Translations under genes and position numbers: made by a program
Assembly (NCBI GenBank): GCA_964579645.1
Contig: CAZOHL010000003.1
Span: 1,375 to 65,374, forward strand
DNA: 64,000 nt
Origin: an uncultured Rikenella sp.
Lineage (GTDB): Bacteria; Bacteroidota; Bacteroidia; Bacteroidales; VadinHA17
Reading direction: 5' to 3'
In this document: positions 26,309 to 36,035 of the stretch, piece after piece
How positions within the stretch are numbered: the stretch's first letter is position 1
Layout: each line of letters starts with the position of its first letter
Notes under the pieces: generated by a model
The model's input: the letters and a program-made list of their open reading frames with translations, nothing else
The model's database searches: none
What the model was told of the DNA's origin: nothing

Positions 26309-29206
26309 ATGGTCAGGAGGTTGATTACAGCGCTATTATGTCTCTTTGCCTCATTGTATGACGCGACGGCTGAGGTTCAGGAGATCGGTACTCCGTTCAT
26401 CAGAAACTTCACCAAGGCTGATTACAGTGCCAGTACACAGAACTGGGCGGTGGCACAGGATGCCAGGGGATTCATGTATTTTGCCAATAATGACGGACTC
26501 CTGGGATATGACGGGGTTCAGTGGCACCTTTACCAGATGCCCAACCACTCGATGGTCAGGTCAATTCTGATGGGGGCAAAAGGTGAAATTTTCATTGGAG
26601 CTTACAATGACCTTGGGAAAATGGTACCTGATGCCCACGGCAATCTGTCATTCCATTCCTTCAGGGACCAGATCCCGGAAGAATACAGAAATTTTGACGA
26701 TGTATGGAACATATGCACCTACCGCGACAAAACAGTTTTTCAGTCATATTATGCAGCCTATTTCTATCGCTATGGCACTCCAATGACAGTGGTGGCTGCT
26801 CCAACACGCTTCCAGAATTCATACAGCGTAAAGGGTCGGTTGCTGTTTAATGATACCGGAAACGGGCTAATGGAGTTCGACGGAACCAGGCTGGTCAGAA
26901 TTCCCGGATGTGAGTCTCTTACCGGTCAGGATATATGGTCGATCCTCCCTTTCGGGAGCGGAAATGAGATACTGATCTGCACCCTGGGAAACGGATTGTT
27001 TATTCATGACGGCATCAAACTTCGGAAGTGGAACGAGGCACTTGGAAGGATACTGAGCCGTGACCAGGTATTCAGCGCTACAATGATATATGATGATTAT
27101 TACGTGATCGGGACAATTCTTAACGGCGTGATGATCATTGACAATGAAGGGAACATTGTGCAGCACATCAACAGAAAGAAGGGGTTGCAGAACAACACGG
27201 TACTTGACCTGTTCACCGACAGGAACGGCAACCTGTGGCTGGCTCTTGATAACGGCATTGATTACCTGACTGTCAATTCTCCCGTAACATTTATCCGCAG
27301 TTCTGAAGGCTTTGGCGCAGGCTATGCATCGGTTATCCATGACGGAAAGCTTTACCTCGGAACCAACCAGGGGCTGTATGTCAGGAACTGGTCTGAAAGC
27401 GAAACGGATGATGATTTCAGGATGATAGCAGGAACCTACGGTCAGGTCTGGTACCTGGGAGTTCATAACGGAGAACTACTGTGCGGACATAATAACGGTA
27501 CGTACCGGGTTTCAGGCGAGAAGGCTGACCTGATAAGCCGTGTCGCCGGCGGATGGAAATATATGGAGCTGAAAAACCATCCGGGATACCTGATTGGAGG
27601 TACATACAGCGGAATGATACTTTTCAGGTGGGAGCAGGGCAAGTGGAAGTTCGTCAGGCAGATACCCGGAATGACGGAGTCTTTCAGGGTTTTCGAGGAA
27701 GACAGCCAGGGAGAGATCTGGATGAGCCACGGATTCAAGGGAATATTCAGGGTGAAACTCTCGGCTGACCTGGATTCGGTGACCAGTGTCAGGTTTTATG
27801 ATTCATCAGATGGCCTGCCTTCTGATTTTTATCTTGGCATTTTCCGGATCATGGGGCAGCTGGTTGTTGTCTCAGAAACTGAAATCTATGAATATTCTCC
27901 GGAAGAAGACCGTTTCGTCAGGTCAACCTATTTCAACCAGCTTTTCAATCCCCTGGCAGCAATCTCATATCTCCATGAGGATAAAAATGGCAACATATGG
28001 TATGTTGCAAAGAAAAGGGCAGGAGTGTTCCGGCTTAAGGAGGACCATTCATATGAGCATGTGGCAGCGCCTTTTCTTCTCCTCTCGGGAAGGTTCATCC
28101 ACGGATTTGAGTCTTTCTACCCGTATTCCCCGGAGCATGTGATAATCGGCACTGAAGATGGTTTTGCCCACTATTCATCCCGAACCTCTGTACTCGGTTA
28201 TGAAGGATTCTCGGTATATATTACCCGTGGGGAGGCTTTGCATCAGGACTCGGTATTTTATTATGGCCGCACTCCATCGTCTGCAGTCCAGGAGGTAAGC
28301 TACAGGTTCAGATATGCACACAACAACATGCGGTTCATGTTTGCATCGCCGGTCTATGATAATGCAGGGAACACCGAATACAGTTACAGGCTGGGAGGGT
28401 ATGATGACAGATGGTCTGACTGGAGCCGTACATATTATAAGGAGTATTCAAACCTCCCTGACGGAAAATTCACTTTTTATGTTAGAGCGAGAAATCAACT
28501 CGGAATTGAGAGCAAACACGATTCACTGGAGTTTATTATTGAGCACCCCTGGTACAAGTCACCTGTGGCATTTCTGTCTTATATAATTGCCGGGATGATT
28601 CTTGTACTTCTTCTGGCACGTTTCATCAGGTGGAGAATCGAGTTGTCAGGAAGGAAAGAGAGCCTGAGGAACAGGCGTATTTACGAGGAGAAGGAACAGG
28701 AGTACAAAAGGCAGGCGCTGGAGTCTGAGAAGGAGATAATAAGAATCAGGAATGAAAAGCTCCAGGCGGAAATGATACTTCGTGACAAGGAGCTGGCTAA
28801 CCAGGCCATGAACCTTGTGCGCAAAAACGAATTTCTGAATAACATAAAGGACGAACTCCGGAGCCTGACCGATGGCAGCAATGACAGGGCAACCGGCAGC
28901 AGGGTTTCTGAGATTCTCAGACGTATTGACCGTGAGGTTGACAATAATAAGCAGAGAGAAATTTTTGAAAGTGCATTTGATGAGGTTCATGAAGATTTCC
29001 TTCACAGGGTAAAGATTAAATACCCCGAACTGACTCCTACGGAACTGAGACTGTGTGCCTACCTTAAAATGAATCTCCCGACCAAGGAGATTGCCCCTTT
29101 ACTGAATATTTCCGCCAGAGGTGTTGAAATCTGCAGGTACAGGATAAGGAAAAAGATGGGTATCACCCGGGATGTGAACATCACCACCCATCTTCTCAGT
29201 ATCTGA
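26309..29206 (+). CDS. Transmembrane one-component regulator: periplasmic two-component-regulator propeller + Y_Y_Y domain, TM helix, coiled coil, LuxR-type HTH
   Basis: It has a signal peptide and repeated propeller blades (DxxGxxWxGT-like). The Y_Y_Y region is YSYRLGGYDDRWSDW and the TM helix is VAFLSYIIAGMILVLLLA. The C-terminal HTH is TPTELRLCAYLKMNLPTKEIAPLLNISARGVEICRYRIRKKMG. Confidence 0.8.
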   Translation: MVRRLITALLCLFASLYDATAEVQEIGTPFIRNFTKADYSASTQNWAVAQDARGFMYFANNDGLLGYDGVQWHLYQMPNHSMVRSILMGAKGEIFIGAYNDLGKMVPDAHGNLSFHSFRDQIPEEYRNFDDVWNICTYRDKTVFQSYYAAYFYRYGTPMTVVAAPTRFQNSYSVKGRLLFNDTGNGLMEFDGTRLVRIPGCESLTGQDIWSILPFGSGNEILICTLGNGLFIHDGIKLRKWNEALGRILSRDQVFSATMIYDDYYVIGTILNGVMIIDNEGNIVQHINRKKGLQNNTVLDLFTDRNGNLWLALDNGIDYLTVNSPVTFIRSSEGFGAGYASVIHDGKLYLGTNQGLYVRNWSESETDDDFRMIAGTYGQVWYLGVHNGELLCGHNNGTYRVSGEKADLISRVAGGWKYMELKNHPGYLIGGTYSGMILFRWEQGKWKFVRQIPGMTESFRVFEEDSQGEIWMSHGFKGIFRVKLSADLDSVTSVRFYDSSDGLPSDFYLGIFRIMGQLVVVSETEIYEYSPEEDRFVRSTYFNQLFNPLAAISYLHEDKNGNIWYVAKKRAGVFRLKEDHSYEHVAAPFLLLSGRFIHGFESFYPYSPEHVIIGTEDGFAHYSSRTSVLGYEGFSVYITRGEALHQDSVFYYGRTPSSAVQEVSYRFRYAHNNMRFMFASPVYDNAGNTEYSYRLGGYDDRWSDWSRTYYKEYSNLPDGKFTFYVRARNQLGIESKHDSLEFIIEHPWYKSPVAFLSYIIAGMILVLLLARFIRWRIELSGRKESLRNRRIYEEKEQEYKRQALESEKEIIRIRNEKLQAEMILRDKELANQAMNLVRKNEFLNNIKDELRSLTDGSNDRATGSRVSEILRRIDREVDNNKQREIFESAFDEVHEDFLHRVKIKYPELTPTELRLCAYLKMNLPTKEIAPLLNISARGVEICRYRIRKKMGITRDVNITTHLLSI

Positions 29207-29471
29207 CAAAAAGCTGTTCTGTAGTATCACTCCAGATGATTGGTGTATTTTTTACACTCATTCCTGTTTTTTTATATGTTTGGAAATCAATGTAATAAAA
29301 TTTAGGTGATGAATTATTGATGTATTAAATTTATTCTCATGATGTATTTTTGAAGTAAGGCACAATGGGTACTAATCAATTTCACATTCCTAACTTGGTG
29401 CACTGCAACCGGATGGTTTTCGGACCAGTCCGGTAAACCTGATAAACCAAACTCTAAACTCAACAAAATTT

Positions 29472-32400
29472 ATGAAACAGACAATCCTGGCTCTTTTTTT
29501 CATTGCCTGTTCTCTGGCTTTAAATGCGCAGGGACTGCAGATTAAAGGAGTTGTAACGTCAGCAGACGACGGACAACCTGTTCCGGGGGTGAGTGTTTTC
29601 GTCAAGGGAACAACCACCGGAACCATGACTGACATGGACGGGTACTACAGTCTCGGCAATGTGCCCATGAACTCAACTATTGTCTTCTCCTTTGTGGGGA
29701 TGATTACACAGGAAATTGTGGTGACAGAGAGTGCCACAAAAGACATTGTGATGGCCTCAGATGTCGAATTGATTGACGAGGTTGTTGTTGTGGGTTATGG
29801 TACCCAGAAGAAGAGCCTTGTAACCGGAGCCATTGCAAAGGTAGAGGGTGATGATCTGCGCAAAGCCGCGGATATGCGTGTCACTCAGGCTCTCCAGGGC
29901 AAGACTGCCGGTGTGGTCATCACGGCCAACTCCGGTCAGCCGGGATCTCAGATCTCTGTCAGGATCAGGGGGGTCGGCACTAACGGTGACGCAGAACCTC
30001 TTTATATTATTGACGGTCTTCCTATGAGCGGTGCCGGGACTGACTTCCTGAATGCAGCGGACATTGAATCAATAGAGGTGCTCAAGGATGCTGCATCTGC
30101 TGCCATTTACGGAGCCCGTGGTGCAAACGGCGTTGTTCTTATAACGACAAAGACCGGGAGGACAGACACAAAGCTGACAGTGACCTATGACGGTTACTAC
30201 GGTTTTCAGAATCCCTGGAAAAAGATGCCTCTTCTGAATTCACAGGAATACATAATGCTTATTAATGAAGCTTCGGTCAATGCAGGTCTCGGGCCCCGTT
30301 TTACCCAGGCACAGATTGATGGTTTTACAGCAGATACTGACTGGCAGGATGAAATGTTTTACTACAATGCACCTAAGCAGAATCATTCCCTTTCCTTCTC
30401 TGGAGGAAGTGACAGGCTTGAGTATTCCTCCTCGCTGAATTACTTCAGTCAGGAAGGTATAGTTTCAAAGGGCAAGTCAAGTTTTGAAAGAGTAGGTTAC
30501 AGGCTGAATGCGGCAGGAACTTTTGGTTTCTTCAAACTGGGAGGAAATGTGAACCTGGCCGGTATTACAAGCAAGGGTATTGCCACAAACGACAGGTACG
30601 GCCTGGGCCTGAACCAGGCCCTGAACATGCCTCCGGTGGTCCCCGTCATGTTTTCTGACGGCACCTGGGGCACTTCCGAGGCATACGGATTCGGCCTGCA
30701 GGAGATTACCAACCCCGTGGCCCTGGCAAGTTACAATAACTCGAAGACAAGAACTTACAAGTTAATAGGCAACCTCTATGGCGAGTTTGATTTTGGAAAA
30801 ATATCTCCGGCGCTTAAGGGGCTAACATTCAGGTCTTCATTCGGCGGTGAATATGCCCTGGTTAATACTGATACCTATACACCTGAATACTACCTCGATG
30901 CAATGCACTTCAGCGTTATTGACAAGGCATACAAGGGACTTGACATGTGGTCAAGGTGGAACTTTGAAAACGTGCTTACTTATGCGAAGTCGTTTGATGT
31001 CCATAACCTGACCCTCATGGCAGGTACAACGGCTTTCAAGGATATGCATGAGAATCTCTGGGGTTCGAAGAATGATCTGATTTTTGATGATTTCGGTCAT
31101 TCATATCTTGACAACGCAACCGATCCCGAAAGCGCCAATGCAGGAGGAGGCTACAATGAGCATACTGTCTCCTCACTCTTCGCCCGACTCAACTATGATC
31201 TGAAGAACCGCTACATGCTTACAGCCACTATCAGGAGGGACGGATCTTCGAGGTTTGGAAGCGAAAACAAGTACGGCTACTTCCCGTCAGCATCAATCGG
31301 ATGGGTTATCTCGAGAGAAGATTTCATGAGCAACTTTTCCGACATTTTCAATGTTCTCAAGCTAAGGGCCAGTTGGGGTCAGAACGGAAGCGAGAATATA
31401 GGCGACTTTAATTATACATCGATTATAGGAAACGGTGCAATCTACTATTTTGGTGACGGCAAGACCCAGTACAACGGCACAGTACCCACCAAACTGGCCA
31501 ATCCTTCACTTAAATGGGAAGCATCAGAACAGACAAACATCGGTCTCGACATGACCACCCTTGGCAGCACGCTTACTGTAACACTTGATTATTATATCAA
31601 GAAGACCAAGGACTGGCAGGTTGCTGCTCCGATACCAACACTTGTAGGCAACGGAGCTCCCACCATCAATGGCGGGGAGGTTAAGAACTCAGGTATCGAG
31701 GCCCAGGTTTCTTACCGCAAACAGATAGGCAAACTCTACCTGGGTGCATCTGTGAACGGCGCCTTCAACAAGAGTGAGGTCCTTGACCTGCAGAATACTG
31801 AAAAGGTCCTTAAGGGCGGTGACGGTGGTTTCGGCCAGAGCGAACTCATTTATGTACAGGTAGGACTTCCGATGGGTGTATTCTTCGGTGTTCAGACTGA
31901 CGGAATCTTTCAGAACCAGCAGGAGGTCGACACATATGTCAACAGCACAGGCGGAAAGATTCAGCCCAATGCCAAGCCGGGAGACATCAGGTTCGTTGAT
32001 CATAACGGTGATGGTGGCATCAGTGACGGTGACAGGGTGCAGATCGGATCTCCTTTGCCAGATTTCACCGGAGGCCTTAACCTCAACGCCGAGATGTACG
32101 GGTTTGATTTCAACATGTTTCTCTATGCCGCACTCGGTCAGGAGATATACAGGGCAACCAGGCGATATGACATGAACTATGCGAACTATACTGCCGAATG
32201 GCTTGACAGGTGGACTGGTGAAGGTACTTCCGACAAATACCCGAGAGTTACTTTTGCTGACAACAACCTGAACGGAAAGACAGTAAGTGATTTCTATCTG
32301 CAGGACGGCAGCTTTGTGAGGCTCAGAAATATCACACTCGGTTATTCCCTGCCGCAGAATATCACGAAAGCGATTAAGATAAACAGGCTGCGTTTTTATG

Positions 32401-32543
32401 TTTCAGCCGAGAACCTCTACACCTTTACAAAATATACCGGCTATGATCCAGAGATCGGGGGCGGTGTGTTTGACAATGGTATTGACCGTGGGATCTATCC
32501 TCAGCCGAGGACAATCATGACCGGTATCAATGTTACTTTCTGA
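29472..32543 (+). CDS. susC: SusC/RagA-family TonB-dependent outer-membrane transporter
   Basis: It has a signal peptide, a CarboxypepD_reg domain (IKGVVTSADDGQPVPGVSV) and a plug (VVVGYGTQKK, DIESIEVLKDAASAAIYGARGANGVVLITTK). The C-terminus ends in NVTF. Confidence 0.9.
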   Translation: MKQTILALFFIACSLALNAQGLQIKGVVTSADDGQPVPGVSVFVKGTTTGTMTDMDGYYSLGNVPMNSTIVFSFVGMITQEIVVTESATKDIVMASDVELIDEVVVVGYGTQKKSLVTGAIAKVEGDDLRKAADMRVTQALQGKTAGVVITANSGQPGSQISVRIRGVGTNGDAEPLYIIDGLPMSGAGTDFLNAADIESIEVLKDAASAAIYGARGANGVVLITTKTGRTDTKLTVTYDGYYGFQNPWKKMPLLNSQEYIMLINEASVNAGLGPRFTQAQIDGFTADTDWQDEMFYYNAPKQNHSLSFSGGSDRLEYSSSLNYFSQEGIVSKGKSSFERVGYRLNAAGTFGFFKLGGNVNLAGITSKGIATNDRYGLGLNQALNMPPVVPVMFSDGTWGTSEAYGFGLQEITNPVALASYNNSKTRTYKLIGNLYGEFDFGKISPALKGLTFRSSFGGEYALVNTDTYTPEYYLDAMHFSVIDKAYKGLDMWSRWNFENVLTYAKSFDVHNLTLMAGTTAFKDMHENLWGSKNDLIFDDFGHSYLDNATDPESANAGGGYNEHTVSSLFARLNYDLKNRYMLTATIRRDGSSRFGSENKYGYFPSASIGWVISREDFMSNFSDIFNVLKLRASWGQNGSENIGDFNYTSIIGNGAIYYFGDGKTQYNGTVPTKLANPSLKWEASEQTNIGLDMTTLGSTLTVTLDYYIKKTKDWQVAAPIPTLVGNGAPTINGGEVKNSGIEAQVSYRKQIGKLYLGASVNGAFNKSEVLDLQNTEKVLKGGDGGFGQSELIYVQVGLPMGVFFGVQTDGIFQNQQEVDTYVNSTGGKIQPNAKPGDIRFVDHNGDGGISDGDRVQIGSPLPDFTGGLNLNAEMYGFDFNMFLYAALGQEIYRATRRYDMNYANYTAEWLDRWTGEGTSDKYPRVTFADNNLNGKTVSDFYLQDGSFVRLRNITLGYSLPQNITKAIKINRLRFYVSAENLYTFTKYTGYDPEIGGGVFDNGIDRGIYPQPRTIMTGINVTF

Positions 32544-32565
32544 CACCAAAATAAACAACAGAGTT

Positions 32566-34176
32566 ATGAAAAAGTCGATATTATATAGTCTTTTCTTCCT
32601 GGCTGTGATGGTTGCAGGCTCATCATGTTCCAAGGATTTTCTGGAGCTTGAGCCCAAAACCGGTCAGACAGAGGCCAACTACTACAAAACTGAGACAGAC
32701 GCCTTTCTGGCGATGACAGCTGTTTATGATGCCTATGCTCTTCAGAACTGGCAGTTTGCTCCTACAATGGCTGATATCTGGTCTGATGACGCATTCTGTG
32801 GCGGATCTGACGCCTCTGACATGAGCCAGTGGCAGGATATGGAAAAGTTTCAGATGGAGCCTGAGAATAACACCTCTGCTGATTTCTGGAGCCGTTGTTA
32901 TGCAGGCGTCTACAGAGCCAATCTCTACCTGCAGAAGCAGGAAGGAATTGACTGGAAGACAGAAGGACTGAAGGAGAGGTATGAAGCTGAAGTCAAGTTT
33001 CTCAGGGCCTATCTGTATTGGGATCTGGTCCGTCATTACGGTTGGGTGCCGGTTATGACGGAGGTCCTTCCGTCAGTTGAGGATTACAGGAATCTTACAC
33101 AAAGCACCCCGGCTGAAATTTTTACACTAATTGCCTCGGATCTGCTTGACGCGGTTGAGGTACTGCCTGTACAGGTACCGGCATCAGAAAAAGGTCGGGT
33201 TACAAAAGGCGCTGCAAAGGCTATGATGGCCCGGATATACCTCTATCACACCGGTATGAGCGCCATCAGCGGTATGGGACTTACTGCCGAGCAGTGGGGT
33301 GACGGCACTACAGTGATCAACAAGGCATACATACAGACAGCCCTTGATGAGGTAATCACCAGCGGAGTCTATTCCCTCATCCCTGACTACGCCGACCTGT
33401 TTGACTGGGATAACCAGAACAATGCTGAAGCAGTTCTTGAAATGCAGTATTCAGACAAAGCCAAGTCAGGAGACTGGGGCGGATGGAACATCAACGGGAA
33501 CTTTGCATCGGTTTGGTTAAGCATTCGTAATCCGCAGGGTGACGCAACTGTTTTCCCGGGATGGTCACTGGCAGTCCCCACATGGAGCCTTGCTGATGAG
33601 TATGAGGCCGGAGACCCCAGGAAATATGTCACCCTCTACGATGCTGAGGAAGAGCTTACTGACTATAACCGGGCATTCATGAATACCGGATACTTTAACA
33701 GGAAATACATGGCCAGGGCTGATTATCAGGGTTCGGGTGGTGACCCCAGTCATAACTTCCCTCGCAACTTCATGGATATAAGGTATGCTGACGTGCTGCT
33801 TATGGCAGCAGAGGTTTGGCTTGCCGATAATCCGGGCAAGGCAGCCGGTTATCTCAGCCAGGTTCGTACCAGGTCTCTCGGTGCAGCAGCAGCTAAAACC
33901 ACAATCACCCTGGATGACATCTATCATGAAAGACGTGTGGAGTTCGGTGGTGAAGGGCTCAGAAAATGGGATCTCCTTCGCAGGGGACTCGATTATGCAG
34001 GCTCAAAGGTCAATGCAAGCTTCAATATCCCGGCAGGAACGCCCAATGCATCTGACTTTACACCCCGTACCTTCAAGGCAGACACATGGGGAATGATCCC
34101 CATACCTGCCAGCGAGATCAGGAACATGAACAGCGGAGTACTGCAACAGATGGTTCCCGCCTACATTGGCTTATGA
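32566..34176 (+). CDS. susD: SusD/RagB-family glycan-binding lipoprotein
   Basis: The start is moved to MKKSILYSLFFLAVMVAGSSC, a lipobox. It has SusD-like TPR content and ERRVEFGGEGLRKWDLLR. It lies immediately downstream of SusC. Confidence 0.9.
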   Translation: MKKSILYSLFFLAVMVAGSSCSKDFLELEPKTGQTEANYYKTETDAFLAMTAVYDAYALQNWQFAPTMADIWSDDAFCGGSDASDMSQWQDMEKFQMEPENNTSADFWSRCYAGVYRANLYLQKQEGIDWKTEGLKERYEAEVKFLRAYLYWDLVRHYGWVPVMTEVLPSVEDYRNLTQSTPAEIFTLIASDLLDAVEVLPVQVPASEKGRVTKGAAKAMMARIYLYHTGMSAISGMGLTAEQWGDGTTVINKAYIQTALDEVITSGVYSLIPDYADLFDWDNQNNAEAVLEMQYSDKAKSGDWGGWNINGNFASVWLSIRNPQGDATVFPGWSLAVPTWSLADEYEAGDPRKYVTLYDAEEELTDYNRAFMNTGYFNRKYMARADYQGSGGDPSHNFPRNFMDIRYADVLLMAAEVWLADNPGKAAGYLSQVRTRSLGAAAAKTTITLDDIYHERRVEFGGEGLRKWDLLRRGLDYAGSKVNASFNIPAGTPNASDFTPRTFKADTWGMIPIPASEIRNMNSGVLQQMVPAYIGL

Positions 34177-34199
34177 ATTATCCAATAATACAGACTGAA

Positions 34200-35954
34200 A
34201 TGAAAAAAATCAGATATTTAAGCAGACTGGCGGGCATTCTGGCCGTTGTGCTGGCTGTCAATGCCTGCGAACCTCAGATGGCGGACAAGCCCGAAATCGG
34301 AGAAGCTCCTTCATCCGATCAGTTAAACTTCACAATAACACCCGGAAACGATGATTTCAACTTCGTGATTGAAAATACCTCGTCAGTTACAGGGATTGCC
34401 TCATGGGATTTCGGTAACGGTACAAAGGCTTCCGGCAACTCAAATGTGGCCAGGTATCCGATGCCCGGTGACTATACAGTCACTATGACTCTTGTCACCA
34501 GGGGAGGAATGGCTTCAATTACAAAAACACTGACTCAGACAGAAACAGACTTCTCCATTTTTACAGATCCGGTTTATGTAAATCTTACAGGTGGCATAAA
34601 TGACACGGACGGAAAAACATGGGTCCTCGATGTGGCATCCAAGGGTCACCTGGGCGTCGGCCCTCTTGATGACCCCACAGCAATGTCATGGTGGGCCGCC
34701 AATCCCTATGATAAGGATGGTACAGGCCTGATGGACGATGAGATCACATTTAAACTGGACGGATTTGTTGTAACATATGACAACAAGGGTGTCAGCTACA
34801 TGAAGGCATACAGGGCCAATGACCCGGCGCTCGCTTCCATCTATCTTAATCCCAGGGAAAACAAGGGAGACTATGATGTTGACTATGCAACCCCTGTTTC
34901 AGGTACATTCAATATCATAGAGGTGTCGGAAGGCAAGTATACAATAACCCTGAACGGTGCCAAGCCGATATTCCCATGCTTCGACGTAGGCGCAAAGGAT
35001 AATACCTACACAATCCGCAAAGTCGAGGAGAACCTCCTTGAGCTCACCTGCTTCGAGTCATACGAGGGGTGGAACAACTGGCACTACTACCTGATACCCA
35101 AGGGTTATGTCAGACCTACAATCACCTATACTGTTAATGCAACGGAGGGGACTGATAATGAGGTTTCATGCTCTGTTACGGGCTACAGCATTCCCGCAGG
35201 ACAGAGTGTCACAAACATAACCTGGAACTTTGGTGACGGCAGCGATGAAGTCACAGGAGGCAAGGACGAGGTAGTAAAGCATGTCTACATGCGTAAGGGC
35301 CCCTACACTGTCATTGCAAAGCTTAACACAAGCCTTGGAGTACTGACAGGGACAAAGCAGGTTGTCCTGGTAAATAACAACTCAGCCTATGTGCCGTTCC
35401 TCCTTGATATGATGATAGTGTACAATGACCTGAGCGAGGTGCAGGTATTCCCGCTTCTTGCAGAAAACTGCACTCTGAATACAGTCGATAATCCTGAAAA
35501 GGAATATCCCAACAGGTCTTCAAAGGTAGCCTATTACTCAAGGACTGACAACCAGTATGCCAACGCATACATCAGGCTTCCGGCAGGATTCAGGTTTGAC
35601 CTGAGGCTGCAGCAGGTGTTCAAGGTAATGGTTCATGGGAAAGCCGGGGATGTAATACTGCTCAAGCTCGAGAATTCTGATCCTGCAGAGCCCTGGAAGA
35701 CAGGCACGGAAATAACCTATACAATACAGAAGGATAATACATGGGAGGTAGCCGTGTTTGACTTCAACGGTGTCCCCGGTGGATTTTCCTGGACGGGTGA
35801 CATGTACGCCCCGAACGTGGTTACTGACGACAGGTTCAATCATGATTACTACAATACGTTGCGCCTGATGTGCAACCCCACTGTTGCAAACGGCACTCAC
35901 AGCTTTTACTTTGATGAGCTGTCAGGCCCGCATGTAGAGGGTATCCATAAATAG
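34200..35954 (+). CDS. PKD-domain surface lipoprotein (likely SGBP of the PUL)
   Basis: The start is moved to MKKIRYLSRLAGILAVVLAVNAC. There are two PKD-like motifs: WDFGNGTKASG...GDYTVTMTL and WNFGDGSDEV...GPYTVIAKL. Confidence 0.65.
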   Translation: MKKIRYLSRLAGILAVVLAVNACEPQMADKPEIGEAPSSDQLNFTITPGNDDFNFVIENTSSVTGIASWDFGNGTKASGNSNVARYPMPGDYTVTMTLVTRGGMASITKTLTQTETDFSIFTDPVYVNLTGGINDTDGKTWVLDVASKGHLGVGPLDDPTAMSWWAANPYDKDGTGLMDDEITFKLDGFVVTYDNKGVSYMKAYRANDPALASIYLNPRENKGDYDVDYATPVSGTFNIIEVSEGKYTITLNGAKPIFPCFDVGAKDNTYTIRKVEENLLELTCFESYEGWNNWHYYLIPKGYVRPTITYTVNATEGTDNEVSCSVTGYSIPAGQSVTNITWNFGDGSDEVTGGKDEVVKHVYMRKGPYTVIAKLNTSLGVLTGTKQVVLVNNNSAYVPFLLDMMIVYNDLSEVQVFPLLAENCTLNTVDNPEKEYPNRSSKVAYYSRTDNQYANAYIRLPAGFRFDLRLQQVFKVMVHGKAGDVILLKLENSDPAEPWKTGTEITYTIQKDNTWEVAVFDFNGVPGGFSWTGDMYAPNVVTDDRFNHDYYNTLRLMCNPTVANGTHSFYFDELSGPHVEGIHK

Positions 35955-35968
35955 TTACTTTTGCTTTT

Positions 35969-36000
35969 CATTGCCTGCCCCTTTGCGGGGGCAGGCAATG
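35969..36000 (+). terminator. Strong GC hairpin (intra-PUL terminator/attenuator-like)
   Basis: CATTGCCTGCCCC-tttgcg-GGGGCAGGCAATG forms a 13-bp stem. The T tract after it is only weak. Confidence 0.45.
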
Positions 36001-36035
36001 ATTTTCATGTTTTATTAATCTTCTAGAGAACAGAG